Source: a virus
DNA length: 64,000 nt
IMG/VR virus record: IMGVR_UViG_3300042305_001986
Location: 32,001-96,000 of that record
Strand: one strand, 5' to 3'
Of the stretch, positions 40,419 through 48,251 are shown piece by piece. A program made the translations under genes and the position numbers. The notes under the pieces are model-generated. The model was not told the origin of the DNA and searched no databases. It saw only the letters and a program-made list of their open reading frames with translations. How positions within the stretch are numbered: position 1 is the first letter of the stretch; each line of letters begins with the position of its first letter.

Positions 40419-40519
40419 AGTCAGGTAGTGGATATGTAAGCGGGCTCAAGCTCGGTAAGTCGAAAAGGTATGATCCTCTTTACGAGGCCACATTGCAGGT
40501 TCGAATCCTGTCCTGACTT
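40419..40519 (+). ncRNA. tRNA-like RNA (acceptor stem + T arm, non-canonical middle)
   Basis: AGTCAGG/CCTGACT stem; GCAGG-TTCGAAT-CCTGT; no canonical D or anticodon arm. Confidence 0.7.
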
Positions 40520-40525
40520 CAAAAT

Positions 40526-40601
40526 GCGTCAGTAACTCAATTGGTAGAGTGGTTATCTCCAAAGTAACAAGTTGTGGGTTCGAGTCCTACCTGACGTGCC
40601 A
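40526..40601 (+). tRNA. tRNA-Trp(CCA)
   Basis: Cloverleaf, loop CTCCAAA, encoded CCA end. Confidence 0.95.
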
Positions 40602-40605
40602 ATAA

Positions 40606-40676
40606 GGTCGGATGTCCGAGTGGTTAGGTGAATCTCTGCAAAAGATTTAACACTGGTTCGAATCCAGTTCCGACCT
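40606..40676 (+). tRNA. tRNA-Cys(GCA)
   Basis: Loop CTGCAAA, U73. Confidence 0.95.
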
Positions 40677-40680
40677 CTAC

Positions 40681-40751
40681 TTCTCCATAGTATAATGGTA
40701 AAACAACGGATTTTGGTTCCGTGGTTTTAGGTTCGAGTCCTGATGGGGAAA
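40681..40751 (+). tRNA. tRNA-Gln(TTG)
   Basis: Loop TTTTGGT, U1-A72. Confidence 0.92.
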
Positions 40752-40766
40752 CAATGTTATATATTA

Positions 40767-40858
40767 GGTGTGGGCATGACCACAAATAAACAAAGGCGGG
40801 TTGGTTTCCCAACTTCGGAGAAATTCGGAGAGTCTGAGTTCGATTCTCACCCACACTC
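40767..40858 (+). ncRNA. tRNA-like RNA / degenerate tRNA
   Basis: GTGTGGG/CCCACAC stem; TGAG-TTCGATT-CTCA T arm; internal hairpin GGGTTGG-TTTC-CCAACTT; no D arm. Confidence 0.55.
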
Positions 40859-40881
40859 TAATATATAATTAATTATAAAAT

Positions 40882-40953
40882 GGCCCATTCGTCTAAAAGT
40901 AAGGACATTTGGTTTTCATCCAAAAAATCTCGGAGCGTTACCGGGATGGGCTA
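40882..40953 (+). tRNA. tRNA-Glu(TTC)
   Basis: Loop TTTTCAT; atypical T-loop AGCGTTA. Confidence 0.88.
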
Positions 40954-40961
40954 CTAATAAA

Positions 40962-41033
40962 GGTCTATTGGTGAAGTGGCTATCATACCTGCCTGTCACG
41001 CAGGAGTAGAGGGGTCGGAACCCTCATAGACCG
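40962..41033 (+). tRNA. tRNA-Asp(GTC)
   Basis: Loop CTGTCAC, G73; atypical T-loop GTCGGAA. Confidence 0.9.
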
Positions 41034-41052
41034 CATTTGTTTTATTAACTCC

Positions 41053-41093
41053 ACCGAAAAACCCACAAATCTTTAGTTTGTGGGATAAAAGGT
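41053..41093. mobile_element. hairpin resembling an orphan IS200/IS605-family end
   Basis: cccacaaa-tctttag-tttgtggg-at; CTTTAG loop and GTGGGAT flank; no U tract. Confidence 0.35.
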
Positions 41094-41131
41094 TTGATTA
41101 AACATTTCTTAATTTAGGAATATTTATTTAC

Positions 41132-42403
41132 GTGAGAGAGCAAATACGCAAAATTCTAAAAGAATTATTTTCAGGTGACGGTTCCGTAACCTTTAGTTTT
41201 CGTGATATGAAGGCTTTTAAACCAACATACACTAATGCTCCGTGGAGGGTATACTTTAATGGTTTAAAAATAAAAGATGGTCAATATTCACATGGTGAAA
41301 ATACATATATAGATTTGATTGGAAATGATGTTGAGTTGAGAGGTATTAATCCTATAGATTTTATGAGTGATGGAAAATCGGGTTACGTTGACCTTTACAA
41401 ACTTGAAGAAATAAAACCTGATATTCGTGAAATTTTGTTCGGTAGTAAGGATAGTGGAAAAGTAAAATCAGGTGTCGGTCCTGTAACCTTTAGTTTTCGT
41501 GATATGAAAGCTTATAAACCAACATACGGTCCGTGGAGGGTATACTTTAATAACTTAGAAACCAAAAAAGGCCAATATTCACATGGTAAAAATACATATA
41601 TAGATTTGATTGGAAATGATGTTGAGTTGAGAGGTATTAATCCTACAGATTTTAATTTTACGGAAGATGGAAAATCGGGTTACGTTAAGCTTTACAAACT
41701 TGAAGAAATAAAACCTGATATTCGTGAAATTTTGTTCGGTAGTAGGAATAGTGGAGAAGTAAATTCAACTTTAATTAGGAGTGCGTTAAAAAAGGCGTTT
41801 CCAAATAATTGGAAAGAACGAGATGAAATATATAGCGCAGGTATTAGAGATATAAATACAATAGGTGAAAGAACGGGTAAGGGCGAGTCATGGTCAATTA
41901 TGAATTATTTTGATACAAAAAAAGAAGTACAAAAAAAAATATCACAAAAATGGAATAATGAAGGTGAAGGAGATTTAGAGGAATGGTTAGTTGATGTATT
42001 TAAAAACGACAACAATTTTATGAAAGAGTTATTGGATATCCAATGGAGGTCAATAGAAAATGGTTATAATACTGAGATATATGCCTCAGAAGTAATTTCT
42101 AATCATATACCAGGTAATCTTGAGTTGTTCCCTCCTGGTTCTATAATTGACCGATACGGTTCAATAGACATGATTATTGGGGGTCAGAGTTTTCAAATAA
42201 AACCTTTATCTGGTCTCCTCGTAAAAGACGGTAAATATTTTGTTAAAACTTATGGTATGAAGAAGGACTATAAAAGTAAAAAAATTGATTATATTGTTTA
42301 TGCAAAAATAGGTGGTAAGGTATATGTTTTCCCTAATAAAAACTATGAAGTAGGTGGTGGAGGTAGTGAAGTGACACATTTTGAAAAACCTACAATCTAT
42401 TAA
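41132..42403 (+). CDS. protein with two ~100-aa tandem repeats and a C-terminal PD-(D/E)XK-like domain
   Basis: IRKILKE leader; IDRYGSIDMII....FQIKP motif; TATTTAT upstream. Confidence 0.65.
   Translation: MREQIRKILKELFSGDGSVTFSFRDMKAFKPTYTNAPWRVYFNGLKIKDGQYSHGENTYIDLIGNDVELRGINPIDFMSDGKSGYVDLYKLEEIKPDIREILFGSKDSGKVKSGVGPVTFSFRDMKAYKPTYGPWRVYFNNLETKKGQYSHGKNTYIDLIGNDVELRGINPTDFNFTEDGKSGYVKLYKLEEIKPDIREILFGSRNSGEVNSTLIRSALKKAFPNNWKERDEIYSAGIRDINTIGERTGKGESWSIMNYFDTKKEVQKKISQKWNNEGEGDLEEWLVDVFKNDNNFMKELLDIQWRSIENGYNTEIYASEVISNHIPGNLELFPPGSIIDRYGSIDMIIGGQSFQIKPLSGLLVKDGKYFVKTYGMKKDYKSKKIDYIVYAKIGGKVYVFPNKNYEVGGGGSEVTHFEKPTIY
41171..41764 (+). repeat. ~297-bp intragenic tandem duplication
   Basis: Units start at 41171 and 41468 (VTFSFRDMKA...KPDIREILFGS). 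Confidence 0.9.
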
Positions 42404-42507
42404 CACCTTCAGTTAAAGATTAATTTACGTAGATCGAAAAAAGTCACATCAAAATTTGGAAAGATCAATCTCTTGCCATACCTTTGTGGTGTTAAAACAA
42501 ACACACC

Positions 42508-42828
42508 ATGAAAAACGTCATCTCCAACCCCCAAAAACGGATCGGCCGTGTAACCAACAACTTCGACTACGAAACCGTAGCGAAGGTCGTAAAGGCTCTG
42601 AACCGTGAGGCGATGTATACTTCTTGGTTGGAAGTGTCACCCGACTCTTTCAACGTCCAAACACTCAAGGACTATACCACCGTCGTGATGAACCAAGCAT
42701 TCACTTCCTACGAACAGGAAGGAGTGACCAACTTCGGGATGGGTGGGTTCATTGTGGACATCCGAAACCACGAAGACAAGGTAAACGTAAACGTGGCTTA
42801 CGTGATTGATGAGATGGACGCCTACTAA
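42508..42828 (+). CDS. hypothetical early protein
   Basis: Host-type promoter tacctttg 42479 / tttg 42455; higher GC than flanks. Confidence 0.75.
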   Translation: MKNVISNPQKRIGRVTNNFDYETVAKVVKALNREAMYTSWLEVSPDSFNVQTLKDYTTVVMNQAFTSYEQEGVTNFGMGGFIVDIRNHEDKVNVNVAYVIDEMDAY

Positions 42829-42969
42829 TAGTAGGCTCCTCTCCCCTCCCCAAAAATATAGAATAGAGGGAGGGGTTGAAACTTCAGAAGATTTGTTGTA
42901 TGTTTTGGGTGTTCTTTGAAATATTGAAATAGGTATACAAAAAATGGTAGACGAATATATTTATATATT

Positions 42970-43623
42970 ATGAAACCATATGTATATAAAATAACGGGTA
43001 AAAATAACACCTATTACTATGGTGTAAGATGGAATTACTTCGGTAGTCCTGAAGACGACTTATTAGTAAAGTATTTTACATCATCCGATTACATAAAAGA
43101 AATTATGAGTAAAAATGGTGTTGATTTCTTTTCAGGAGAAATAATTAAAATTCTGAACACGAGAGAAGAGGCATTACAATTAGAATATGAATTAATTAAA
43201 AAGTCAATAAATGATGACTTATGTCTTAACCGTGCAATTGGTAAATGCACTATTTGGGACGAATTTTTATTAAAAAAACTTTCTAACTCGATGCAACATA
43301 GGTGGGAGGACCCTAATTATAGATCAAAAATCGTAGAATCAAAAAAAGGCGAGAAAAATCCAAATTATATGAAACCATCTTGGAGAAATGTAAATAGTGA
43401 TGTCCAATCATGGATGAAGTCTTTTCAAATATTTGACGATTACATCAATGAAAGTTGGGATTTCACTAAATATGGATTCGGAAGACTTATGTTACAAAAA
43501 AGATATGATATCTCTCAAGGGACCTCAAGATGTCTTATTAAAAAAATAAAAAATGGTTGGTCCCCATATAATGATATTGATTTTATAGATTTTTATAGAG
43601 AAAACACGTCCATGGCCGGATGA
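42970..43623 (+). CDS. GIY-YIG (Seg-like) homing endonuclease-like protein
   Basis: PYVYKI....YYYGVR, YFTSS, EALQLEYELI, NUMOD3-like KKGEKNPNY. Confidence 0.75.
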   Translation: MKPYVYKITGKNNTYYYGVRWNYFGSPEDDLLVKYFTSSDYIKEIMSKNGVDFFSGEIIKILNTREEALQLEYELIKKSINDDLCLNRAIGKCTIWDEFLLKKLSNSMQHRWEDPNYRSKIVESKKGEKNPNYMKPSWRNVNSDVQSWMKSFQIFDDYINESWDFTKYGFGRLMLQKRYDISQGTSRCLIKKIKNGWSPYNDIDFIDFYRENTSMAG

Positions 43624-43699
43624 TGAAATTGGTATACATGTTTGACTTAAAATCAAATGGACCGAAGGGTCCGTGCGGGTTCGAGCCCCGCTCCGGCTA
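43614..43699 (+). tRNA. tRNA-Leu(TAA)
   Basis: Loop CTTAAAA, long variable arm. Confidence 0.95.
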
Positions 43700-43717
43700 C
43701 CGCAACAATTAAAACAA

Positions 43718-44278
43718 ATGAAAGTAATTTTTATGGATCACGATGGTGTGATCTGTTTGGAATCTGAATGGGGTTCAAGATTCGATAAACAAAAGAAATA
43801 TGATCCACGCCCCACCATCAAAGAAATCCCAATCTTGGATAGGTTTGACAACTTCAATCATAGTTGTGTTGAATGTCTAAATCAGGTCATCAGAGACACC
43901 GATTGTGAGATTGTAATTTCTTCTGATTGGAGAACTTGGGCAACTTTGGAAGAAATCGGTGAATATTATGAAAGTCAGGGGATCATCAAAAAACCAATCG
44001 GTTTTACCCCTTTCATCGATCGAAGTGAAGTTCCACCTGAGTTCGAATTCAAGATGGGTCTTGGGTTAAACCAAACCCGAGTTTTGGAAATCAGAAAATG
44101 GTTGAACAACCATCCTCACGTCGTATCATGGGTCGCAATCGATGATATGAGACTTGGAGAACAGGGGTGGGGTTTGGAACATTTTGTTTTGTCAACAGAT
44201 CACAAAAATGGAATTTGTAATTCCGAAGTTAAAACCTTATTGATCGAATATTTGAATCAACCGGTTCTTATATTGTGA
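43718..44278 (+). CDS. HAD-family phosphatase (RNA-repair-type HAD)
   Basis: VIFMDHDGVI, IVISSDWR, EIRKWL, WVAIDD. Confidence 0.85.
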   Translation: MKVIFMDHDGVICLESEWGSRFDKQKKYDPRPTIKEIPILDRFDNFNHSCVECLNQVIRDTDCEIVISSDWRTWATLEEIGEYYESQGIIKKPIGFTPFIDRSEVPPEFEFKMGLGLNQTRVLEIRKWLNNHPHVVSWVAIDDMRLGEQGWGLEHFVLSTDHKNGICNSEVKTLLIEYLNQPVLIL

Positions 44279-44287
44279 CAATAAGTT

Positions 44288-44375
44288 GGAAGGTTACCCA
44301 AGTTGGTGAAGGGGTTTGTTTGCTAAACAAATAGGGCGAGGAATCGTCGCGTGGGTTCGAGCCCCACACCTTCCA
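44288..44375 (+). tRNA. tRNA-Ser(GCT)
   Basis: Loop TTGCTAA, long variable arm. Confidence 0.93.
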
Positions 44376-44390
44376 CAAAAAAATAATGTT

Positions 44391-44990
44391 ATGATCAAAG
44401 TACTCGGAAATATTCCAACCTCTGAATTTGGACTTGCTTGTTCGGGAGGGGTTGACTCTATGGCCGTTTTGGATTTTTTGAGAAGATCAAATTATAATCC
44501 ACACGTCCTTTATTTCAATCACAATACAGAACACGGTGATGATGCTGAAAAGTTTATCACCAAATATTGTGAGGAAAACGGTTTGAGTTTGTTTGTTGGA
44601 AGGACAGATCAAAAACCAAAATCCAACAAGGAAAAGATGTGGTCTGATTTGAGGTATGAGTTTTTTCGATCATTTGATTTTCCAATCGTAACGTGTCACC
44701 ATTTGGATGATTGTGTTGAAACATATATTTTCACTATGACGAGGGGATTTCAATCGGTCATCCCTTATCGTAAGGAGAATGTTATTCGTCCTTTTCTTTT
44801 GACTGAAAAGTCTGAGTTCGAAAGTTGGTGTAAAAGGAAAAACGTACCTTTTATTCAAGACGAATCAAATAACTCGGTGGAATATTCAAGAAATAGAATC
44901 AGACATAATATTATTCCCGAACTTCTAAAGGTCAACCCCGGTCTTAAAACTGTTGTGAAAAAAATGATCAAAAAAGATTTGGTGAATTGA
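44391..44990 (+). CDS. tilS: tRNA(Ile)-lysidine synthetase (catalytic domain only)
   Basis: SGGVDS PP-loop, HHLDDCVET, IRPFL, DESN...YSRNRIRH. Confidence 0.92.
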   Translation: MIKVLGNIPTSEFGLACSGGVDSMAVLDFLRRSNYNPHVLYFNHNTEHGDDAEKFITKYCEENGLSLFVGRTDQKPKSNKEKMWSDLRYEFFRSFDFPIVTCHHLDDCVETYIFTMTRGFQSVIPYRKENVIRPFLLTEKSEFESWCKRKNVPFIQDESNNSVEYSRNRIRHNIIPELLKVNPGLKTVVKKMIKKDLVN

Positions 44991-45021
44991 GAAATATGTA
45001 ATATCTTTGTGGTGTTCTTTG
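44978..45021 (+). promoter_or_regulatory. host-type promoter plus boxA-like element
   Basis: tttg 44978, tatctttg 45002-09, gttctttg 45014-21. Confidence 0.7.
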
Positions 45022-45041
45022 AAATGTCGGAATAATAAAAC

Positions 45042-45115
45042 CCTCCCATAGCTCAATCGGTTAGAGCGTCGGACTCATAATCCGCAGGTTCTTGGTTCAA
45101 GTCCAAGTGGGAGGA
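45042..45115 (+). tRNA. tRNA-Ile2(CAT) (lysidine substrate; elongator Met not excluded)
   Basis: Loop CTCATAA; C4-G69/C5-G68; directly downstream of tilS. Confidence 0.85.
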
Positions 45116-45190
45116 CTATTTGACTCTATATCTCAATTGGTAGATTATTACCTTCCAAGATTGAGAATTCAAATTTGTCTCCTTCTTACA

Positions 45191-45281
45191 GGTCGAAAGT
45201 TCTTCACCTACAGGCTTGTTGGGCCTTTCCTCTTCTGTGAAAGAGGCTTGTTGGGCCCTTCCTGGCGTGTTGAACTCGACC
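45191..45281 (+). ncRNA. pseudo-symmetric structured RNA candidate
   Basis: ggtcga/tcgacc, agttc/gaact, cagg/cctg and cctctt/aagagg stems with a 14-nt direct repeat. Confidence 0.55.
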
Positions 45282-45286
45282 CTTTT

Positions 45287-45360
45287 TCTCCCTTAGCTCA
45301 GTCGGTTAGAGCGGTTGACTGTTAATCAATAGGTCCTTGGTTCAAGCCCAAGAGGGAGAG
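45287..45360 (+). tRNA. tRNA-Asn(GTT)
   Basis: Loop CTGTTAA, U1-A72, G73. Confidence 0.95.
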
Positions 45361-45387
45361 CAAAAAATAAAAATTATCTAAATCACT

Positions 45388-45591
45388 ATGAAAAAACTAA
45401 TCAACATCACAGGATTTGCGTCACTCACACTCTTCATCCTGTCATTTATTGTATTTTTAACTTGTATCCTTTGGGATGTGCCACTCGACGGTACCCTACT
45501 TCACGACCTAATCAGATACTCTCTAGTGGGTGGGTTGACCCTTAGTTACATTTGTTTTTTCATGTTTGTTTATCGAGAGTTTAAAGACTAA
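45388..45591 (+). CDS. small two-TM membrane protein
   Basis: 67 aa, hydrophobic. Confidence 0.65.
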   Translation: MKKLINITGFASLTLFILSFIVFLTCILWDVPLDGTLLHDLIRYSLVGGLTLSYICFFMFVYREFKD

Positions 45592-45597
45592 AAACAC

Positions 45598-45695
45598 AGT
45601 CAGGTGGCGGAATTGGTTAGACGCACTCCTCAAATAAGATGTGTATAGGCTACGCGCTAATCCTATACGTACAGGTTCGAGTCCTGTCCTGACTA
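45598..45695 (+). ncRNA. tRNA-like RNA with unpaired anticodon region
   Basis: AGTCAGG/CCTGACT stem; Leu-like D arm; GTATAGG/CCTATAC extra arm; ACAGG-TTCGAGT-CCTGT. Confidence 0.7.
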
Positions 45696-45711
45696 CTAAA
45701 ATAATAAACTA

Positions 45712-46422
45712 ATGAAAACAATCTTTATCGGAGACATTCATGGTCGAGACATATGGAAAAAAATCGTAGAAAGTGAAAAAGCTGATCGGGTTCTTTTCAT
45801 CGGGGATTATTTTGACAGTTTCGACATTGGATCAGCAGAACAACAATATAATTTCAAGGAAATTATTGAGTTCAAAGAAAAAGGTGAATGTGAGGTCATT
45901 ATGTTGATTGGTAATCATGATTTCCATTATATTAACACTTACGAAGTGTATAGTGGATTTCAACGGAGTGCAGGACCAGCAATTCAACTTCTCATTAAAG
46001 AAAACCTACACCACTTTCAAATGTGTTATGAGATGGATAATATTTTGTGTTCACATGCGGGTATTGGTTATGATTGGTTGGTAAATCAAAATAGATACAA
46101 GGAAGGAGAACCTATCTCTAACTTTGTAAATGAAATTTGGAAATACAAACCACGAAATTTTGAGTTCAACGGAATATTTGATCCAACAGGTGATGATATC
46201 ATGCAAACACCGATTTGGATTCGTCCAAGAAGTTTGATGTCGGGAAATAAAAATACTTTTTTAAATGATCAATATATTCAAGTTGTAGGTCATACAGAAG
46301 TTAAAGAAATGCCAATGAAATTGATGTTGAAAAATAAATTATTTCTAATTGATGCTTTGCCCGTTGGTAATTACTTGATCTACGAGGAAAATTATTTTAT
46401 GATTGGTGTTGTAAATGGGTAG
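45712..46422 (+). CDS. calcineurin-like metallophosphoesterase
   Basis: GDIHG, GDYFD, GNHD, SHAG, GHT. Confidence 0.92.
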   Translation: MKTIFIGDIHGRDIWKKIVESEKADRVLFIGDYFDSFDIGSAEQQYNFKEIIEFKEKGECEVIMLIGNHDFHYINTYEVYSGFQRSAGPAIQLLIKENLHHFQMCYEMDNILCSHAGIGYDWLVNQNRYKEGEPISNFVNEIWKYKPRNFEFNGIFDPTGDDIMQTPIWIRPRSLMSGNKNTFLNDQYIQVVGHTEVKEMPMKLMLKNKLFLIDALPVGNYLIYEENYFMIGVVNG

Positions 46423-46530
46423 GTTTGTCCGTGGTAACGGTCTGATGGGGGAAACCCTGTCAGACTTCCTGAACTAAAATCCATCACAAGGTCCCTCTCT
46501 TGGGTGGGGTAATGGGGGAAAAAACGGTCA
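46421..46530 (+). ncRNA. structured GC-rich intergenic RNA candidate
   Basis: ccgt-ggta-acgg and gtctgatgggg-gaaa-ccctgtcagac hairpins. Confidence 0.4.
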
Positions 46531-46534
46531 TTTT

Positions 46535-46614
46535 GGGGGTATCGCATAGTGGCAATTGCGGCTGACTGTAAATCAGCTCCTAACGGTTCGGTGGTTCGAG
46601 TCCATCTACCCCCA
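46535..46614 (+). tRNA. tRNA-Tyr(GTA)
   Basis: Loop CTGTAAA, variable arm, A73. Confidence 0.95.
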
Positions 46615-46624
46615 CAAGTTATAT

Positions 46625-46699
46625 CGGGATATAGCGTAGTCCGGTCATCGCGCCTGCTTTGGGAGCAGGAGGTCCCAAGTTCGAATCTTGGTATCCCGA
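46625..46699 (+). tRNA. tRNA-Pro(TGG)
   Basis: C1-G72, loop TTTGGGA. Confidence 0.95.
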
Positions 46700-46737
46700 C
46701 AAGGAAGAGTTCTTTGACATTAAAAAAAATTAAAAAA

Positions 46738-47103
46738 ATGACAATAGAATTATTAAATTTCGTGGGGGGTATGATACTATCAGGTTTTATTGGTTTGATA
46801 GTGTTTTTAGTTTCCGTGAACAAAAAAATCAAATTGTTGCAAGAAAAACAACAAGAAATAGATGACATAAGAGAACAAATGTCATACGATCATTCCAACT
46901 ATGCTCGTGATCGTGAAATGATGGATAGACGTGTTTCAGAAGTTGTTGATGACTTGTCTCGTGAGCTTGACTTATCAAAAGATCACCTTCACAGACGAAT
47001 CGATGAAGTTGAGATGAACTTTAATCGTGATTTGGACAGTAGATTAGATAAACTAGAAAACCGATTGACTAATCGTTATGGGTCAATCATAATGGGTGAA
47101 TAA
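46738..47103 (+). CDS. membrane-anchored coiled-coil protein
   Basis: N-terminal TM helix followed by heptad-rich region. Confidence 0.75.
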   Translation: MTIELLNFVGGMILSGFIGLIVFLVSVNKKIKLLQEKQQEIDDIREQMSYDHSNYARDREMMDRRVSEVVDDLSRELDLSKDHLHRRIDEVEMNFNRDLDSRLDKLENRLTNRYGSIIMGE

Positions 47104-47193
47104 ATAAATAAACAAAAGAACTCTTCCTTTTCTTTAAAATATTTGGTAATTCGGTGAATTGGTTGTATATTAGTTTCACTAAAGAAAACCGAT

Positions 47194-47478
47194 ATGGAAA
47201 ACCTTTTTGATTTCTACTCTGTTGAGATTTGTTCTCCTCGCAAACGATCTATCTACAATGCGTTGGGTAAGAAAGTGAGTTATTCCGATGGTCTTAAAAG
47301 TCGTAAGGTTCTAGATAACTCTGTTTTTCCGAAATATGAATATTCATATAATGTAGGTTTCTCTTCTATCATGAATTCTTCACCCGAAGAAGCTTCTGCA
47401 AAGGCAGATGAGATTGCAAACAAATATCGGAATATTGAAGATGTCCGAGTATTGATCAAATACCATTGTCGGGATTGA
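47194..47478 (+). CDS. hypothetical protein
   Basis: 94-aa ORF. Confidence 0.65.
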   Translation: MENLFDFYSVEICSPRKRSIYNALGKKVSYSDGLKSRKVLDNSVFPKYEYSYNVGFSSIMNSSPEEASAKADEIANKYRNIEDVRVLIKYHCRD

Positions 47479-47504
47479 TATAAATAATAAATAAATGAAA
47501 TTAA

Positions 47505-48170
47505 ATGAATATAAAACTAGTTCACATTCTAACTGAAATTGAGTCAACAAGAGAAAAAAATTCAATTTTATCTTTGTCACCGTTGGGTAATTTGGGGATT
47601 GAGTATAAACAACAAATAAATCCGAGATATCTTGGAGAGGATTGGAAGATAAGACCTGCAATTACTCAATCAGAACATACAAATCATGGTCCTGGTCATT
47701 ATGGAGCTTATCAATCATTCAAGCAAGCATTCTTGGATAATTTCACAGATGATTTGGACGCATTGATCGTGTGTGAATGTGATTGCGTTCTTACCTGTTC
47801 ACCTGAGGAATTTGTTGAAAAAGTAAAAGAAGGTATAGAATTTTCGGAAAAACATAATTTGTCACACTTTTCACTTGGATCTAATTATTGTAACGGTTTT
47901 TTACAATCGTCTTTCAAAGAAGTTTATGATGAATCAAGTTTCTATGTAACTGACAAAATTATTATGGCCCATTGTTTGGTCTTTCCAAAAAAAACCAAGA
48001 GAGTTTTGTTCGAATCATTAGAAAAATTCTCGTGGGATACACCAGATATTTGGTTCAATGAAATTTTTTGGAGGAACGGATTGAATCGATTCGGAATCCT
48101 GAAAGAAAAAGTAACAATACAACATGAAGGTATGTCTTTGATTGATAATCATTGGAAACATAGTCAATAA
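47505..48170 (+). CDS. glycosyltransferase, GT25-like
   Basis: GHYGAYQSF, LIVCECDCV, MAHCLVF, DIWF motifs. Confidence 0.55.
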   Translation: MNIKLVHILTEIESTREKNSILSLSPLGNLGIEYKQQINPRYLGEDWKIRPAITQSEHTNHGPGHYGAYQSFKQAFLDNFTDDLDALIVCECDCVLTCSPEEFVEKVKEGIEFSEKHNLSHFSLGSNYCNGFLQSSFKEVYDESSFYVTDKIIMAHCLVFPKKTKRVLFESLEKFSWDTPDIWFNEIFWRNGLNRFGILKEKVTIQHEGMSLIDNHWKHSQ

Positions 48171-48178
48171 TCAAAAAT

Positions 48179-48251
48179 GACCTCTTAGCTCAGTTGGTAG
48201 AGCAATACACTTTTAATGTATGGGCCGGCGGTTCGAGCCCGCCAGGGGTCA
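48179..48251 (+). tRNA. tRNA-Lys(TTT)
   Basis: Loop CTTTTAA. Confidence 0.95.

Noticed and set aside
40419-40519. Selenocysteine or opal-suppressor tRNA (TCA in a loop)
   Set aside because: The loop is 4 nt, there is no D arm, and the geometry does not fit a decoding tRNA.
40145-40854. Minus-strand ORFs over the tRNA cluster (also the 5' extensions of ORFs at 43673, 44316 and 46549)
   Set aside because: They overlap tRNA genes; the real starts are downstream ATGs.
45122-45180. Additional tRNA-Gly(TCC)
   Set aside because: Only a D-arm-like segment and CTTCCAA remain, with no anticodon stem, T arm or acceptor pairing; at most a decayed remnant.
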